Shown: piece by piece, positions 51,478 to 61,659 of the stretch
Layout: every line of letters begins with the position of its first letter
Position numbering within the stretch: position 1 is the stretch's first letter
Source of the DNA: an uncultured delta proteobacterium
GTDB taxonomy: Bacteria > Desulfobacterota > WTBG01
Assembly (NCBI GenBank): GCA_963793865.1
Contig: CAWCBP010000002.1
Location: 117,722-181,721 of the forward strand
Direction of reading: 5' to 3'
DNA length: 64,000 bases
The notes under the pieces: model-generated
Database searches by the model: none
What the model saw: only the letters and a program-made list of their open reading frames with translations
What the model was told of the DNA's origin: nothing
Position numbers and translations under genes: made by a program

Positions 51478-51590
51478 CACGGTTTGGCAATGTGGGCAAA
51501 AAATTGTCATTGCTGACAATAGCAGTTGCACATCGCTTATAATAGTGTTAAGTAACAGCCCTGAAAAGTAACAGCACGCTTTCATCATCA

Positions 51591-52505
51591 ATGAATACAT
51601 CTGACCGGATAACTGAGGAAATACTAAAGCTCAAGGCGGAACGGGACGCCGTCATCCTGGCGCACAATTACCAGCCCGGCGAGGTGCAGGACATCGCTGA
51701 CTTCGTCGGCGACTCGCTTGACCTGAGCATCAAGGCATCACAAACGGACGCCCAGGTTATCGTCTTCTGCGGCGTCCACTTCATGGCGGAGACCGCCTCG
51801 CTGCTCTGCCCGAAGAAAACCGTGCTTCTCCCCGATGAGCAGGCGGGATGCCCCATGGCGGAGATGGTGACCGCCGCGGATCTCAGGGAAGCGAAACAGA
51901 GGTCGCCCCTCACTGCCGTCGTCGGCTACGTGAACACCTCTGCGGCAGTCAAGGCCGAATGCGATATCTGCTGCACCTCGGGCAACGCGCTCAAGGTGAT
52001 CAACTCGCTGCCCGGGGAAATCCCCATCCTCTTTGTTCCCGACCGCCATCTTGGTGCCTGGGTGGCTGCGCAAACCGGCAGGGAGATGACGCTCTGGCCC
52101 GGCTACTGCCCTACCCACCAGTTTATACGTGCCGATGACATCGCGAAGCTGAAAAAGGATTTTCCCGGCGCACAGGTGCTGGTTCACCCGGAGTGCAGCC
52201 GGGAGGTGGCGGCCATGGCCGACAAGGTGCTCGGCACCGGCGGGATGTTGAACTACGCCAGGGAAAGCGCCGCCGACACATTTATCATCGGGACCGAAAG
52301 CGGCATCATCCACCGCTTCCGCAAGGAAAATCCCGGCAAGCGGTTTATACCGGCGAGTGAAAAGGCGATTTGTCCCAACATGAAGCGCATCAGCCTGGAA
52401 AAGATACTCTGGTCTCTGCAAGACATGAAGCATGAAGTGCGCGTGCCCGAGGAACTGCGCGCCCGGGCAAAGGTGGCAGTTGACAGGATGATCCGCATAC
52501 GGTGA
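51591..52505 (+). CDS. nadA: quinolinate synthase
   Basis: ILAHNYQ, GDSLDLS, FCGVHFMAET, GCPMA, YVNTSA, HPEC, CPNMK. Confidence 0.97.
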   Translation: MNTSDRITEEILKLKAERDAVILAHNYQPGEVQDIADFVGDSLDLSIKASQTDAQVIVFCGVHFMAETASLLCPKKTVLLPDEQAGCPMAEMVTAADLREAKQRSPLTAVVGYVNTSAAVKAECDICCTSGNALKVINSLPGEIPILFVPDRHLGAWVAAQTGREMTLWPGYCPTHQFIRADDIAKLKKDFPGAQVLVHPECSREVAAMADKVLGTGGMLNYARESAADTFIIGTESGIIHRFRKENPGKRFIPASEKAICPNMKRISLEKILWSLQDMKHEVRVPEELRARAKVAVDRMIRIR

Positions 52506-52511
52506 TTGTTC

Positions 52512-53405
52512 ATGGAAACAAAAAGAAAAAAACTGGAGCGGCTGCTGAAGGAAATGGACCGCGTCCTGGTGGCCTTTTCGGGCGGGGTTGACAGCACGCT
52601 CCTGCTTAAAATAGCCAGGGACGTTTTAAACAGCCGGGTAATCGCCGTTACCGCCATCTCCCCGACCTATCCCCGGGGAGAGGAATCGGCGGCACGGAAC
52701 ATAGCCAGAGACCTGGGGGTGAAGCATTTCCTGATCAGGACCAGGGAGCTCGATAACCCGCCGTTCACCAGCAATCCCCCCGACCGCTGCTATTTCTGCA
52801 AGAAGGAGCTCTTCACGCGGCTTGTGGCATACGGCAGGCAGAAGGGCTACCCCCTGGTGATAGAAGCTTCAAACAAGGATGACGAGAGCGATTTCCGGCC
52901 CGGGCTGAAGGCGCTCGATGAACTGGGCATCAGGAGCCCGTTCCGCGAGGTCGGTCTGGGCAAGCAGGAGATCCGAAGCCTGTCCAGAAAGCTCAACCTG
53001 CCGACCTCTGACAAGCCCTCCTTTGCCTGCCTTGCCTCCAGGTTCCCCTACGGCCAGACCATCAATGAAAAAAAACTGCGCATGGTGGATGAGGCGGAGG
53101 CCTACCTTCACAGCCTTTCCTTCAGACAATGCCGGGTCAGGCACCATGGCCCCATTGCCCGCATCGAGGTGGAGCTTCATGACATGGACCGGTTCCGTGA
53201 CCGCGCGCTCAGGGATGGGATAATCGCAAAGCTCAGGGCGCTGGGATTTTCGTATGTCACACTTGACCTTGAGGGCTTCCGTTCCGGAAGCATGAACGAA
53301 CCGCTTCCGGCTTCCGTCTCCCGGTCAGGCAGGCACAGTTCCCGCCGCCGCAAAAAAAATCGGAAGCGGCCCGCCGCGTCCGATCAAAAAAAACCAACCG
53401 CATGA
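52512..53405 (+). CDS. larE: LarE-family ATP-dependent sacrificial sulfur transferase
   Basis: AFSGGVDS, RCYFCK, DFRPG, KPSFACLASRFPYG, RVRHH, GFRSGSMN. Confidence 0.92.
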   Translation: METKRKKLERLLKEMDRVLVAFSGGVDSTLLLKIARDVLNSRVIAVTAISPTYPRGEESAARNIARDLGVKHFLIRTRELDNPPFTSNPPDRCYFCKKELFTRLVAYGRQKGYPLVIEASNKDDESDFRPGLKALDELGIRSPFREVGLGKQEIRSLSRKLNLPTSDKPSFACLASRFPYGQTINEKKLRMVDEAEAYLHSLSFRQCRVRHHGPIARIEVELHDMDRFRDRALRDGIIAKLRALGFSYVTLDLEGFRSGSMNEPLPASVSRSGRHSSRRRKKNRKRPAASDQKKPTA

Positions 53406-53412
53406 CTACTGC

Positions 53413-54327
53413 TTATTCTGATGGAAGACCTTCCCTCAGCAGCGGGCGCATCTCCCTCACAAAATCTTCCAAAAGCATCCCCGGCCCGTCTCCCCTGTCT
53501 CCTGTCAACTGTTCGAATAACGCCGCCATGCACTCCTGAGCACATGTCCGGTTCTTCCCGGCAGCGGCGTCTCCCAGGCCCAACCCGCCCCCGGCAGATA
53601 CTGTCCCGGTGACAGAGCCGTCAGCTCCTCCATGCAGAGCATATGAACACCGTGCCGCCGCATGAATAAAGTCAGCGGACTGCAGCCGCGCGGCAAGCTC
53701 CTTTCCCCAGGATTCATCAAAACGCTCCCGCAACGGGCGCAGCGATTGTTCCGTCCGCTGGCTGATGACGTCCCCCGCAGCACCTGCCGGCTCCACGGGC
53801 GCGTAGTCTTCTCCAAATCCCCGAAGGTAATCGCCGACTTTGAACCACAACCACTGGTTGCCGGCACTGTCTGAACCCATCCCGTACACCCCCGGGATGC
53901 CCGTTTCCGCCCAGCTGTTCCCCTCGCTGTCAATGCCCCCGGTACCGAGCACGAGATAAGAGGTAATCCACCACAGGGGAATATCGCCCGGCGTTTCCAT
54001 AATTTCACTGCCCAGCTGCACAGGCCAGGGGAAAAGGGTGTTAAAGGCAACTGATTGAATGCCGAGATGATCACGGGTGTACTCCAGCCTGGTAAAGAAG
54101 GGGACCAGGGAGACGCGCATACGGATCCAGCTTCTATCATTGCTGTCCGACCCGAAGATGATGGAGGCGGCAGTCAGATTGGTTTCAACATTACCGATTT
54201 TGTATTCGACCCAGGAGGTGCTTTGACCGTTATACCCCCCATAGAGCGGCGTGGCGCGGATCTCCGCGGCGGAGCTCACTCCCAGCGCAACCATCATTGC
54301 CATCAGCCATCCTCTCGTGCTTCCCAT
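53413..54327 (-). CDS. hypothetical exported protein
   Basis: 304-aa ORF with signal peptide, directly downstream of glgC. Confidence 0.55.
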   Translation of the reverse strand: MGSTRGWLMAMMVALGVSSAAEIRATPLYGGYNGQSTSWVEYKIGNVETNLTAASIIFGSDSNDRSWIRMRVSLVPFFTRLEYTRDHLGIQSVAFNTLFPWPVQLGSEIMETPGDIPLWWITSYLVLGTGGIDSEGNSWAETGIPGVYGMGSDSAGNQWLWFKVGDYLRGFGEDYAPVEPAGAAGDVISQRTEQSLRPLRERFDESWGKELAARLQSADFIHAAARCSYALHGGADGSVTGTVSAGGGLGLGDAAAGKNRTCAQECMAALFEQLTGDRGDGPGMLLEDFVREMRPLLREGLPSE

Positions 54328-54342
54328 CCCGTACCGCCTCTC

Positions 54343-55563
54343 TCAGCGCAACCTGAAGCCTTTGGAAACAACCACAATCCCCGACTCGGTCACGGTGAAA
54401 TTCTTCATGTCCTCTTTCAGATCATATCCGATGGTCATCCCTTCAGGGATCTCGGAATACTTGTCCACAATGGTCTTCCTGATTTTTGCCCCCTCCCGCA
54501 CTCTTACTCCATCAAGCAGAATGGAATCTTCAACCCGGGAGTGGCTGTCCACCCTGACATTGGCGGAGATGATAGACCTTCTCACCTCGCCCCCGCTGAT
54601 GATCGCGCCTCCTGCAAGGATCGACTCGTACGCCGCCCCCCTTCGGCCCCCCGCCTCCACTTCTTCATCCAGAATGGTTTTTGCCGGGGGACTCGGCGCG
54701 TGATAGGTGTGGATGGGCCATGTGGTGTCATAGAGATTCAGGAGGGGGCAGACGGAAACCAGGTCCATGCTGGCCTCGAAGTAGGCCTCAACCGTTCCCA
54801 CGTCACGCCAGTAGTAGGTTTCCCCCCGTTCATCCACGTAATTGAAGGCAAATGCCTTGTCCCCGCTGGCAACCATGGCGGGTATGATATTTTTTCCGAA
54901 ATCATGCTCGGTTGTCCTCTTCGCGTCTTCAATCAGCCGCTTCACCATGATCTCGGTGTTGAAAATATACACGCCCATGGAGGCAAGAATCTTATCGGGC
55001 TTGGAGGGAACGGTTTGGGGATGATCCGGTTTTTCCTGGAAACCCTTTATCCTGAAATCCGCATCAACCTCGATAACCCCCAGATGGTTCGAAAGGCCCT
55101 TATCCATCTCGACCGCTGCCACCGTCACATCCGCACCTGTCTGCAGATGAAAGTTGATCATCTTCCGGTAGTCCATCTTGTAGATGTGATCCCCGGAGAG
55201 AATCAGGGCCATGTCAGGCGTTTTCTTCTGCAGGAGATAGATGTTCTGAAAAATGGCATCAGCCGTACCTTTATACCAGTCCTCATTGATCCGCTGCTGG
55301 GCGGGTACAACAGTGACATATTCCCCCAGGCTACCGCTTAAAATATTCCACCCCTGCTGGATATGCCTGCTTAAGGAAAGGGATTTATACTGGGAAAGAA
55401 CATAGATGTGCCTCATGCCGGAATTAATGCAGTTGCTGAGGGTGAAATCAATGATGCGGTAAATGCCGCCGAAGGGAACCGCCGGCTTGGCGCGGTCCCT
55501 GGTCAGTGGGTAGAGACGCTCACCCTTCCCGCCCGCCAGAATCAATGCAGTGACTGTCTTCAC
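54343..55563 (-). CDS. glgC: glucose-1-phosphate adenylyltransferase
   Basis: LAGGKGERLYPLT, RAKPAVPFGG, WYKGTADA, SGDHIYKMDY, ASMGVYIF, YWRDVGT. Confidence 0.97.
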   Translation of the reverse strand: MKTVTALILAGGKGERLYPLTRDRAKPAVPFGGIYRIIDFTLSNCINSGMRHIYVLSQYKSLSLSRHIQQGWNILSGSLGEYVTVVPAQQRINEDWYKGTADAIFQNIYLLQKKTPDMALILSGDHIYKMDYRKMINFHLQTGADVTVAAVEMDKGLSNHLGVIEVDADFRIKGFQEKPDHPQTVPSKPDKILASMGVYIFNTEIMVKRLIEDAKRTTEHDFGKNIIPAMVASGDKAFAFNYVDERGETYYWRDVGTVEAYFEASMDLVSVCPLLNLYDTTWPIHTYHAPSPPAKTILDEEVEAGGRRGAAYESILAGGAIISGGEVRRSIISANVRVDSHSRVEDSILLDGVRVREGAKIRKTIVDKYSEIPEGMTIGYDLKEDMKNFTVTESGIVVVSKGFRLR

Positions 55564-55566
55564 AGC

Positions 55567-55929
55567 TTACGCCCGCTTCCTTTCCAGAAGATCCCGTATT
55601 TTTCTTTTCAACTCGGTCAGATCCGATGATTTGAGGACAAAATCATCGGCCGCCCAGCTTATGAAATCATCCTTGTAGCTGGAATAGGCGCTGTGGATGA
55701 TGACGGGAATATTTCTCTCTTTGCCGATAATCTTTCCCAGCGCCTCCAGGCCGTCCATGACCGGCATGCGGATATCCAGGACAACCAGGTCCGGGGGATT
55801 TTCAGATATGCTGTCCAGCGCTTCCTTCCCGTTGCGCGCCAGCCGTATCCGGTATCCCTCCTCGCTCAATTCCTCCTGGTACAGCTTCCGCTGGTTGACT
55901 TCATCGTCCACAATCAGTAACGTTGCCAT
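55567..55929 (-). CDS. single-domain response regulator (CheY-like)
   Basis: LIVDDE, DLVVLDIRMPVMDG, conserved K; start at MATLL. Confidence 0.92.
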   Translation of the reverse strand: MATLLIVDDEVNQRKLYQEELSEEGYRIRLARNGKEALDSISENPPDLVVLDIRMPVMDGLEALGKIIGKERNIPVIIHSAYSSYKDDFISWAADDFVLKSSDLTELKRKIRDLLERKRA

Positions 55930-56018
55930 GGAACCGGTCCTCTTCACAGTAGGTGTTGCGGTGCCGCGGCAGGCTGTTTCCCGGGAGCACAGGGGCGTAC
56001 CGCTGAAGCACTGCCGTC

Positions 56019-56507
56019 TCACATCTTGTATTTGAAATCATCGGGGTCCAGCTTTTCCAGCCAGTCGGTAAAATTACCCACCTGCTCCTTCTCTCCCGCC
56101 TCCGCTTCTCCGGTGTGGCCCGCCTTGCTGATCACCTCTTCAGCCACATACATGGGTGACCCCACCCGCAGGGCGAGGGCGATGGCATCGCTGGGACGGG
56201 AGTCAATCTCCACCGGGCCTTTCCGGGTATTGATGTGAATCACGGCGTAAAAGGTGTTGTCCTTCAACTCCGTCACCACGATCTTCGTCGCTTCCGCCCC
56301 CAGGCCCTTGATAATGTTGAAGATCAAATCGTGGGTCATGGGCCGGGCGGTGCTGATTTTACGCAGCTCCAGGGCGATGGCATTTGCTTCAAAGATGCCG
56401 ATCCAGATGGGCAAAACCCGGGTTCCGTTCAGTTCCTCAAGGAACACCATGGCCCCGCTTTTAGCCAGATCGAACGCCAGATTTTTCACCTTCACTTCAA
56501 TCAACAT
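56019..56507 (-). CDS. bifunctional nuclease family protein (DUF151)
   Basis: LPIWIGIFEA, RPMTHDL, IDSRPSDAIALA. Confidence 0.93.
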   Translation of the reverse strand: MLIEVKVKNLAFDLAKSGAMVFLEELNGTRVLPIWIGIFEANAIALELRKISTARPMTHDLIFNIIKGLGAEATKIVVTELKDNTFYAVIHINTRKGPVEIDSRPSDAIALALRVGSPMYVAEEVISKAGHTGEAEAGEKEQVGNFTDWLEKLDPDDFKYKM

Positions 56508-56572
56508 GCACGGCACCTCTCTTTCCTGCTGCCTGCCCATGCGCACCGCCGGCAGGGGCTGAGCGATTCTGA

Positions 56573-57895
56573 TCAGGGGATGAAGAGCTTTTTCCCGGCA
56601 ACAAGATGATCGCCGCCCCTGAGGTCGTTTGCCCTGACGATCGCATCCACGGTGGTGTCATACTGCCGCGCGATCTGCGAGAGTGTTTCGCGCGGCTTTA
56701 CCAGATGCATCCCCTTCTTCCCCGTCTCCGCCGGGGTTTCCGGAAGCGCGATGCCGTCCCGCTTGGCCATCATGGAAACGAAATCGAAGGTTACGTCGGA
56801 GAGGGAACGGGCCAGTTTCTGCTGAAACGACGCACTCTTTAATAAGCGCTCATCCTCGGGATTGGTGATAAATCCTGTCTCTATGAGAACCGATGGCATC
56901 TCGGCCGCCCGGAGGACGACAAACCTCGCCTGCTTGGGCTGTTTAAACTTTACCTGGTTCAGGCTGCCCAGCTCGTTCAAAACCATCCCCCCGAAGCGGA
57001 GGCTGTCGTTCATGGTCTGGGTCTGCACCAGGTCAACCAGGATGCTGTTCAGGTCCTTGTCATCGGCGTAAGATACCCCGCCGAACATGTCGGAGGCGTT
57101 TTCCCGCTCCGCCAGAAGGCGGGCGGCTTCATCGCTGGCGCCCTTGAGCGACAGGCAGTAAACCGAGGCCCCTCTCACCCCCTTGTTTAAATTGGCATCG
57201 GTGTGCAGGCTGATGAAAAAATCAGCGCCGTAATCACGCGCGATGGTGATCCGCTTTTCCAGGGGAATAAAGTAATCGCCGTCGCGGGTTAAAAAGGCCT
57301 TGAAGCCGGCCCTGGCGTTGATGTAATCCCGCATTTTTCTCCCCAGCGCCAGCACGATCTCCTTTTCACGCGTGCCCCGCTTGCTGACCGCCCCCACATC
57401 ATCACCGCCATGCCCGGGATCAATGACAATAATCCTGCGCTCACTGCTCTGCTCCCGGACCCTGGACTCCTGTTCTTTTTCGGCCAGGTCGGACCGGTTT
57501 AAATCAATCACCAGGCGGTAGGGCTTGTCCTCAATACGGTCGAGCAGGAACACCTTTGATTGAACCGGCTGCACCAGGTCCATGACCAGCCTCACCGTTT
57601 CGGCATTAAAGCGGGCCACCCGCACACGATGAACAATGGAATCGCCGATGGCAAGGGAGCGCGGCGCCGCGCCGGCAGTGGCGGCATCCTTGAGATCGAT
57701 CACCAGCCGCGGGGGGCCGCTCAACACCATGGTTTGAAAGGAAAGGGGCCCATCGCTGTCAACCACAATACGGGTGTGGTCGGGGGCGGAAAAGTACCGC
57801 ATCCCGCTCACGTTGATGGAGGCCGAAAGCTGACCGGAACCGGCCAGCAGCACCGCCCCGATGGTTACCCAGAATATAACCGTTTTTTGCCGCAT
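56573..57895 (-). CDS. N-acetylmuramoyl-L-alanine amidase (AMIN-Amidase_3-LysM)
   Basis: IDPGHGG, FISLH, SVLIETGFITN, C-terminal LysM. Confidence 0.95.
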   Translation of the reverse strand: MRQKTVIFWVTIGAVLLAGSGQLSASINVSGMRYFSAPDHTRIVVDSDGPLSFQTMVLSGPPRLVIDLKDAATAGAAPRSLAIGDSIVHRVRVARFNAETVRLVMDLVQPVQSKVFLLDRIEDKPYRLVIDLNRSDLAEKEQESRVREQSSERRIIVIDPGHGGDDVGAVSKRGTREKEIVLALGRKMRDYINARAGFKAFLTRDGDYFIPLEKRITIARDYGADFFISLHTDANLNKGVRGASVYCLSLKGASDEAARLLAERENASDMFGGVSYADDKDLNSILVDLVQTQTMNDSLRFGGMVLNELGSLNQVKFKQPKQARFVVLRAAEMPSVLIETGFITNPEDERLLKSASFQQKLARSLSDVTFDFVSMMAKRDGIALPETPAETGKKGMHLVKPRETLSQIARQYDTTVDAIVRANDLRGGDHLVAGKKLFIP

Positions 57896-58111
57896 TATTC
57901 CTCTGCCACCCGTACAAGAACAGTATCTTTTTGTTGAAGTTTATAATAAATCAGCTTTATTGTCAAACAGCTTGTTGAACCGCAGCGCCCTCTTATCGCT
58001 TGCCAATCATACGCGTCTTCATTACAATGGGCGTGAATCGCCGGCACCTGCCCGGCAGCGGTCCCCCGGGACAACGTGCAACCAACTGTAAGCTCACGCG
58101 CGGGAGGAGTC

Positions 58112-59059
58112 ATGTCTGAGATACGCATGAATGAAGCCGGAAAAAATCTTCTGGACAAGATCGTTGCCATCTGGCCTGCCATCCTGCAGGGAAGAAGGAA
58201 GGAGAAGATACTCCACGTGCTCTCGATGGTGATGGCACTGCGCAAGAAGAGCGAGGCGGGACCGGAGGAGGTCAAGGAGGCGATACAGCTGGTTGTCCCC
58301 AAGTCCTATGACCCGTTCTTTCACATGATGGAGGACATGGACACCTTTAAAAGGCTTGCCCTCGACATCTACAACGACATGGAAGCGTACCGTGCACTTC
58401 CCATCCAGGTAAGAAGATGGGAAAGGCCGCCCGCGCCGAAGCCGTCCAAGCCGCCCGAACAGATGAAGGTCACCGCCTTCTGCGCCAGCCCCCGGCAAAA
58501 CGGGAACACCGACCTTTTGATTGACGAAGCGCTGGCGGGGGCGGCGAGCGCCGGCGCGCGGGGAGAAAAAATCATGCTCCGGAAAACCGATCTTCGTTTC
58601 TGCGTCGGTTGCAGGAAGTGCAAGGATGAGGGATATAAGGGCATGTGCACGGTCAAGGACGACATGACCGGGATTTATGACAAGATCATTGCCTCGGATG
58701 CCATTATCATCGGGTTTCCCATTTACACCGGCAGGGAGTGCGCCCAGCTTTCAACCTTCCTGGACCGCTGGGACTGCTTTGAGCGCTATAAATTCCAGGC
58801 CTCGCTTACACCCGGCAGAAGGGCCCTGGTCATCGGAACCTGGGGCTACCCCTACATAGATACCTATGACCATGTCATGGAAAATGTGATGCTGGTCTTA
58901 AAGCTGCACAAGGTCGAAGCAGTTGAGGCCCTTTCCGCCTGCGGATTTGAGGGAATGCTCCACGGACTTGATGAAAAGAGAAGGGGGACAATCGCGCAGT
59001 TCCCCACGGAACTCCACAAGGCCTTCGAGGCAGGGGCGGGGCTGGTAACCGGGGCCTAA
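58112..59059 (+). CDS. iron-sulfur flavoprotein family protein with N-terminal extension (paralogue of 19587..20534)
   Basis: ASPRQNGNT, CVGCRKC, GFPIYTGRECAQLSTFLDRWDCFER identical to the paralogue. Confidence 0.88.
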   Translation: MSEIRMNEAGKNLLDKIVAIWPAILQGRRKEKILHVLSMVMALRKKSEAGPEEVKEAIQLVVPKSYDPFFHMMEDMDTFKRLALDIYNDMEAYRALPIQVRRWERPPAPKPSKPPEQMKVTAFCASPRQNGNTDLLIDEALAGAASAGARGEKIMLRKTDLRFCVGCRKCKDEGYKGMCTVKDDMTGIYDKIIASDAIIIGFPIYTGRECAQLSTFLDRWDCFERYKFQASLTPGRRALVIGTWGYPYIDTYDHVMENVMLVLKLHKVEAVEALSACGFEGMLHGLDEKRRGTIAQFPTELHKAFEAGAGLVTGA

Positions 59060-59299
59060 CCCCGCCATGCGCCTTATTGTCATTTCGAGGGAATCCGAGA
59101 AATCTTCCAAAATAATGAAATAAGATTCCTCACATTCGTTCGGAATGACAAAATATAATGACGCAACAGCCAAACATGCAGGGGCGACCGGCCGGTCGCC
59201 CCTGCATTCAATAAGACATCCTGTATGAAAATTTAATTGTAAAGTCTTCTGAAAATAACTATAGTGTCGGGACATATTAATCCCGGGAGGGTTCTGGCC

Positions 59300-59980
59300 A
59301 TGCAAGGGCATATTTATAAACCGTTTGACAGGGAACTGAGCGATCTGAAGGAAAATCTTTTGTTCATGGGGGAACTGGTGGAAAAGGCGATCAACCGGGC
59401 CATCACCTCCCTCGGCGAAAGAGACTCCGAACTGGCGGCAGCAGTAATCGCTGACGATGACAAGGTTGACAACCAGGAGCTGAAGATCGACGAGCTCTGC
59501 CTGAAAATCCTCGCCCTGCGCCAGCCTGCCGCGCGAGACCTGAGGTTCATCACCACCGCCATCAAGGTAAATTATGACCTCGAGCGCATCGGTGACATGG
59601 CCGTCAACATCTGCGAGCGGGTCCTGGAGCTTAACGCCGAGCCCCAGCTGAAGCCCTATCAGGTGATGCCCCGACTGGCGGACATTGTGCAGCAGATGCT
59701 CAAGCAGTGCCTGAGTGCCTTTGTGAACGCAAATCCTGACCTTGCCCGGCAGGTGATCAGGCACGATGAGGAGGTGGACCGGCTCCACGACCAGATTTTC
59801 CACGAGCTGCTCGACTATATGACCCGCGATTTCAGCACCGTAACCCGGTCAACACGCCTGCTGTTCATCTCCAAGTACCTGGAGCGGATTGCCGACCACG
59901 CCGTGAACGTCGCCGAGCTGGTCATCTTCATGGCAGAGGGTAAAATAGTACGGCATTTACGGGACAGCAAAGGAGAGTAA
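59300..59980 (+). CDS. phoU: phosphate signalling protein PhoU
   Basis: QPAARDLR, DLERIGD, YLERIADHAVN. Confidence 0.96.
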   Translation: MQGHIYKPFDRELSDLKENLLFMGELVEKAINRAITSLGERDSELAAAVIADDDKVDNQELKIDELCLKILALRQPAARDLRFITTAIKVNYDLERIGDMAVNICERVLELNAEPQLKPYQVMPRLADIVQQMLKQCLSAFVNANPDLARQVIRHDEEVDRLHDQIFHELLDYMTRDFSTVTRSTRLLFISKYLERIADHAVNVAELVIFMAEGKIVRHLRDSKGE

Positions 59981-59984
59981 GGGA

Positions 59985-60809
59985 GTGGCCTGCTGTCGTT
60001 CAATCCTGCTCGCGGGCATGGCCCTGATGGTTGCGGCCTGCTCGAACAGCTCCCCGCAAACGGCGGCCCGTGAGAAATTCACCGTCAATATTGCCGGCTC
60101 CACGTCGGTAATGCCCTTCAGCGAAAAGCTCGCCGAGCATTTCATGCTCGATCATCCCACCTTTGCCGTTAACGTCCAGGCCGGGGGGTCGACCGCGGGG
60201 GTTCAGGCCTGCATCACCCACACGGTGGACATCGGCATGTGCTCCCGCGATCTGAAGGCGGAAGAGCAGGTGCTTACGGCAATACCCATCTGCTACGACG
60301 GCATCGCCATCGTGGTCAACCCCCTCAATCCGGTCACCTCCCTTTCCCTGGCCCAGGTGCGATCCATATTCAACGGAAGCGTCAAAAACTGGAGCCAGCT
60401 GGGCTGGATCGATCGCAGGATCGACGCTGTTTCCCGCGAAGAGGGGTCGGGAACACGGGGCGCCTTTGAGGAGCTGGTGATGGGAACGGACACCATCGAT
60501 GACGCCACCATGGTTCAGGACTCCAACGGCTCCGTGCGGGAAGTGGTGGCAACCGACCCCTACGCCATTGGATACCTCTCCCTGGGGATCGTCGATGAAC
60601 GGGTTGTCGCCGTAGCCATCGACAATGTGAAACCGTCCGTCGAAACCATCAAGAATAAGCGCTACAAAATTGTGCGGCCTTTTTTATATCTCACCATGGG
60701 CACGCCCAGTGAGGCTGCCCAGCTTTTTATACGCTACGTGCTTTCCGAAGCCGGGCAATCTCTTTTAATAAAAGAAGGTCTTATACCTGCAAATGACTTC
60801 TCCTCATAA
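59985..60809 (+). CDS. pstS: phosphate ABC transporter substrate-binding lipoprotein
   Basis: lipobox VAAC, AGSTSV, GGSTAG, REEGSGTR. Confidence 0.93.
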   Translation: MACCRSILLAGMALMVAACSNSSPQTAAREKFTVNIAGSTSVMPFSEKLAEHFMLDHPTFAVNVQAGGSTAGVQACITHTVDIGMCSRDLKAEEQVLTAIPICYDGIAIVVNPLNPVTSLSLAQVRSIFNGSVKNWSQLGWIDRRIDAVSREEGSGTRGAFEELVMGTDTIDDATMVQDSNGSVREVVATDPYAIGYLSLGIVDERVVAVAIDNVKPSVETIKNKRYKIVRPFLYLTMGTPSEAAQLFIRYVLSEAGQSLLIKEGLIPANDFSS

Positions 60810-61659
60810 TAATCTCAAAGAACGCGTGGTGAGCGTTACCCTCACCGTTTTTGCATTTTCCTCTCTCTTCTTCCTGTTTCTCATTTTCATTTTTATTCTC
60901 ATCGAGGGGCTTCCCCTCTTTTTCAAGGTGGGGGTCAAGCACATCATCCTCGGCTTCAAGTGGGCGCCCACCAGGGGCTCGTTCGGCATATTCCCCATGA
61001 TTGTGTCGTCATGCATGGTCACTGTGGGCGCGCTGCTGATCGGGGCGCCGCTGGGGCTGGGCTGCGCCATCTACCTGGCGGAGTACGCCGGCAAAAAGGG
61101 CAGGATTTATCTCAAGCCCTCCCTGGAGCTGCTGGCCGGCATTCCCTCGGTGGTCTATGGTTTCCTCGGCGTGGTCTACATTGTTCCGGTGATACGGGAA
61201 CAGCTGGGGGGCTCCGGCTTTTCGCTGCTCACCACCTCGCTGGTGCTGGGTATCATGATCCTGCCCACGGTGATCAGCATATCCTACGACGCGATCATGT
61301 CCGTTCCCCGCTCCTACCGCGAGGGGTCGCTGGCCATGGGCGCGACCAAGTGGCAGACGGTCTACCGGGTGGTGGTTCCCTCCGCCCGGTCCGGCATCCT
61401 GGCCAGCTTCATCCTGGGCATGGGCAGGGCGGTGGGTGAGACCATGGCGGTGATCATGGTGGCCGGCAACGCCCTGAAAATCCCCTCCGGCGTGCTTGAA
61501 CCCTTGCGAACCTTGACCAGCAATATTGCCCTTGAGCTTGCCTATGCCAGCGGTGACCACCGCATGGGCCTGTTCTCAACCGGCGTGGTGCTGCTGATTA
61601 TCATCATGATCTTAAACTACATCGCCAATTTCGTCATCCGCAGGAAGGTTTTGAAATGA
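60793..61659 (+). CDS. pstC: phosphate ABC transporter permease PstC
   Basis: LAGIPSVVYG, GRAVGETMAV. Confidence 0.95.
   Translation: MTSPHNNLKERVVSVTLTVFAFSSLFFLFLIFIFILIEGLPLFFKVGVKHIILGFKWAPTRGSFGIFPMIVSSCMVTVGALLIGAPLGLGCAIYLAEYAGKKGRIYLKPSLELLAGIPSVVYGFLGVVYIVPVIREQLGGSGFSLLTTSLVLGIMILPTVISISYDAIMSVPRSYREGSLAMGATKWQTVYRVVVPSARSGILASFILGMGRAVGETMAVIMVAGNALKIPSGVLEPLRTLTSNIALELAYASGDHRMGLFSTGVVLLIIIMILNYIANFVIRRKVLK

Noticed and set aside
54055..55341. 428-aa plus-strand ORF and similar long antisense ORFs (17757..18677, 29105..30079, 46606..47508, 50596..51600, 58898..59803)
   Set aside because: They overlap well-supported genes on the opposite strand and lack motifs; expected in GC-rich coding DNA.
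59205..59265. Pho box upstream of phoU
   Set aside because: AT-rich, but I could not identify a convincing pair of 11-bp-spaced CTGTCAT-like repeats.
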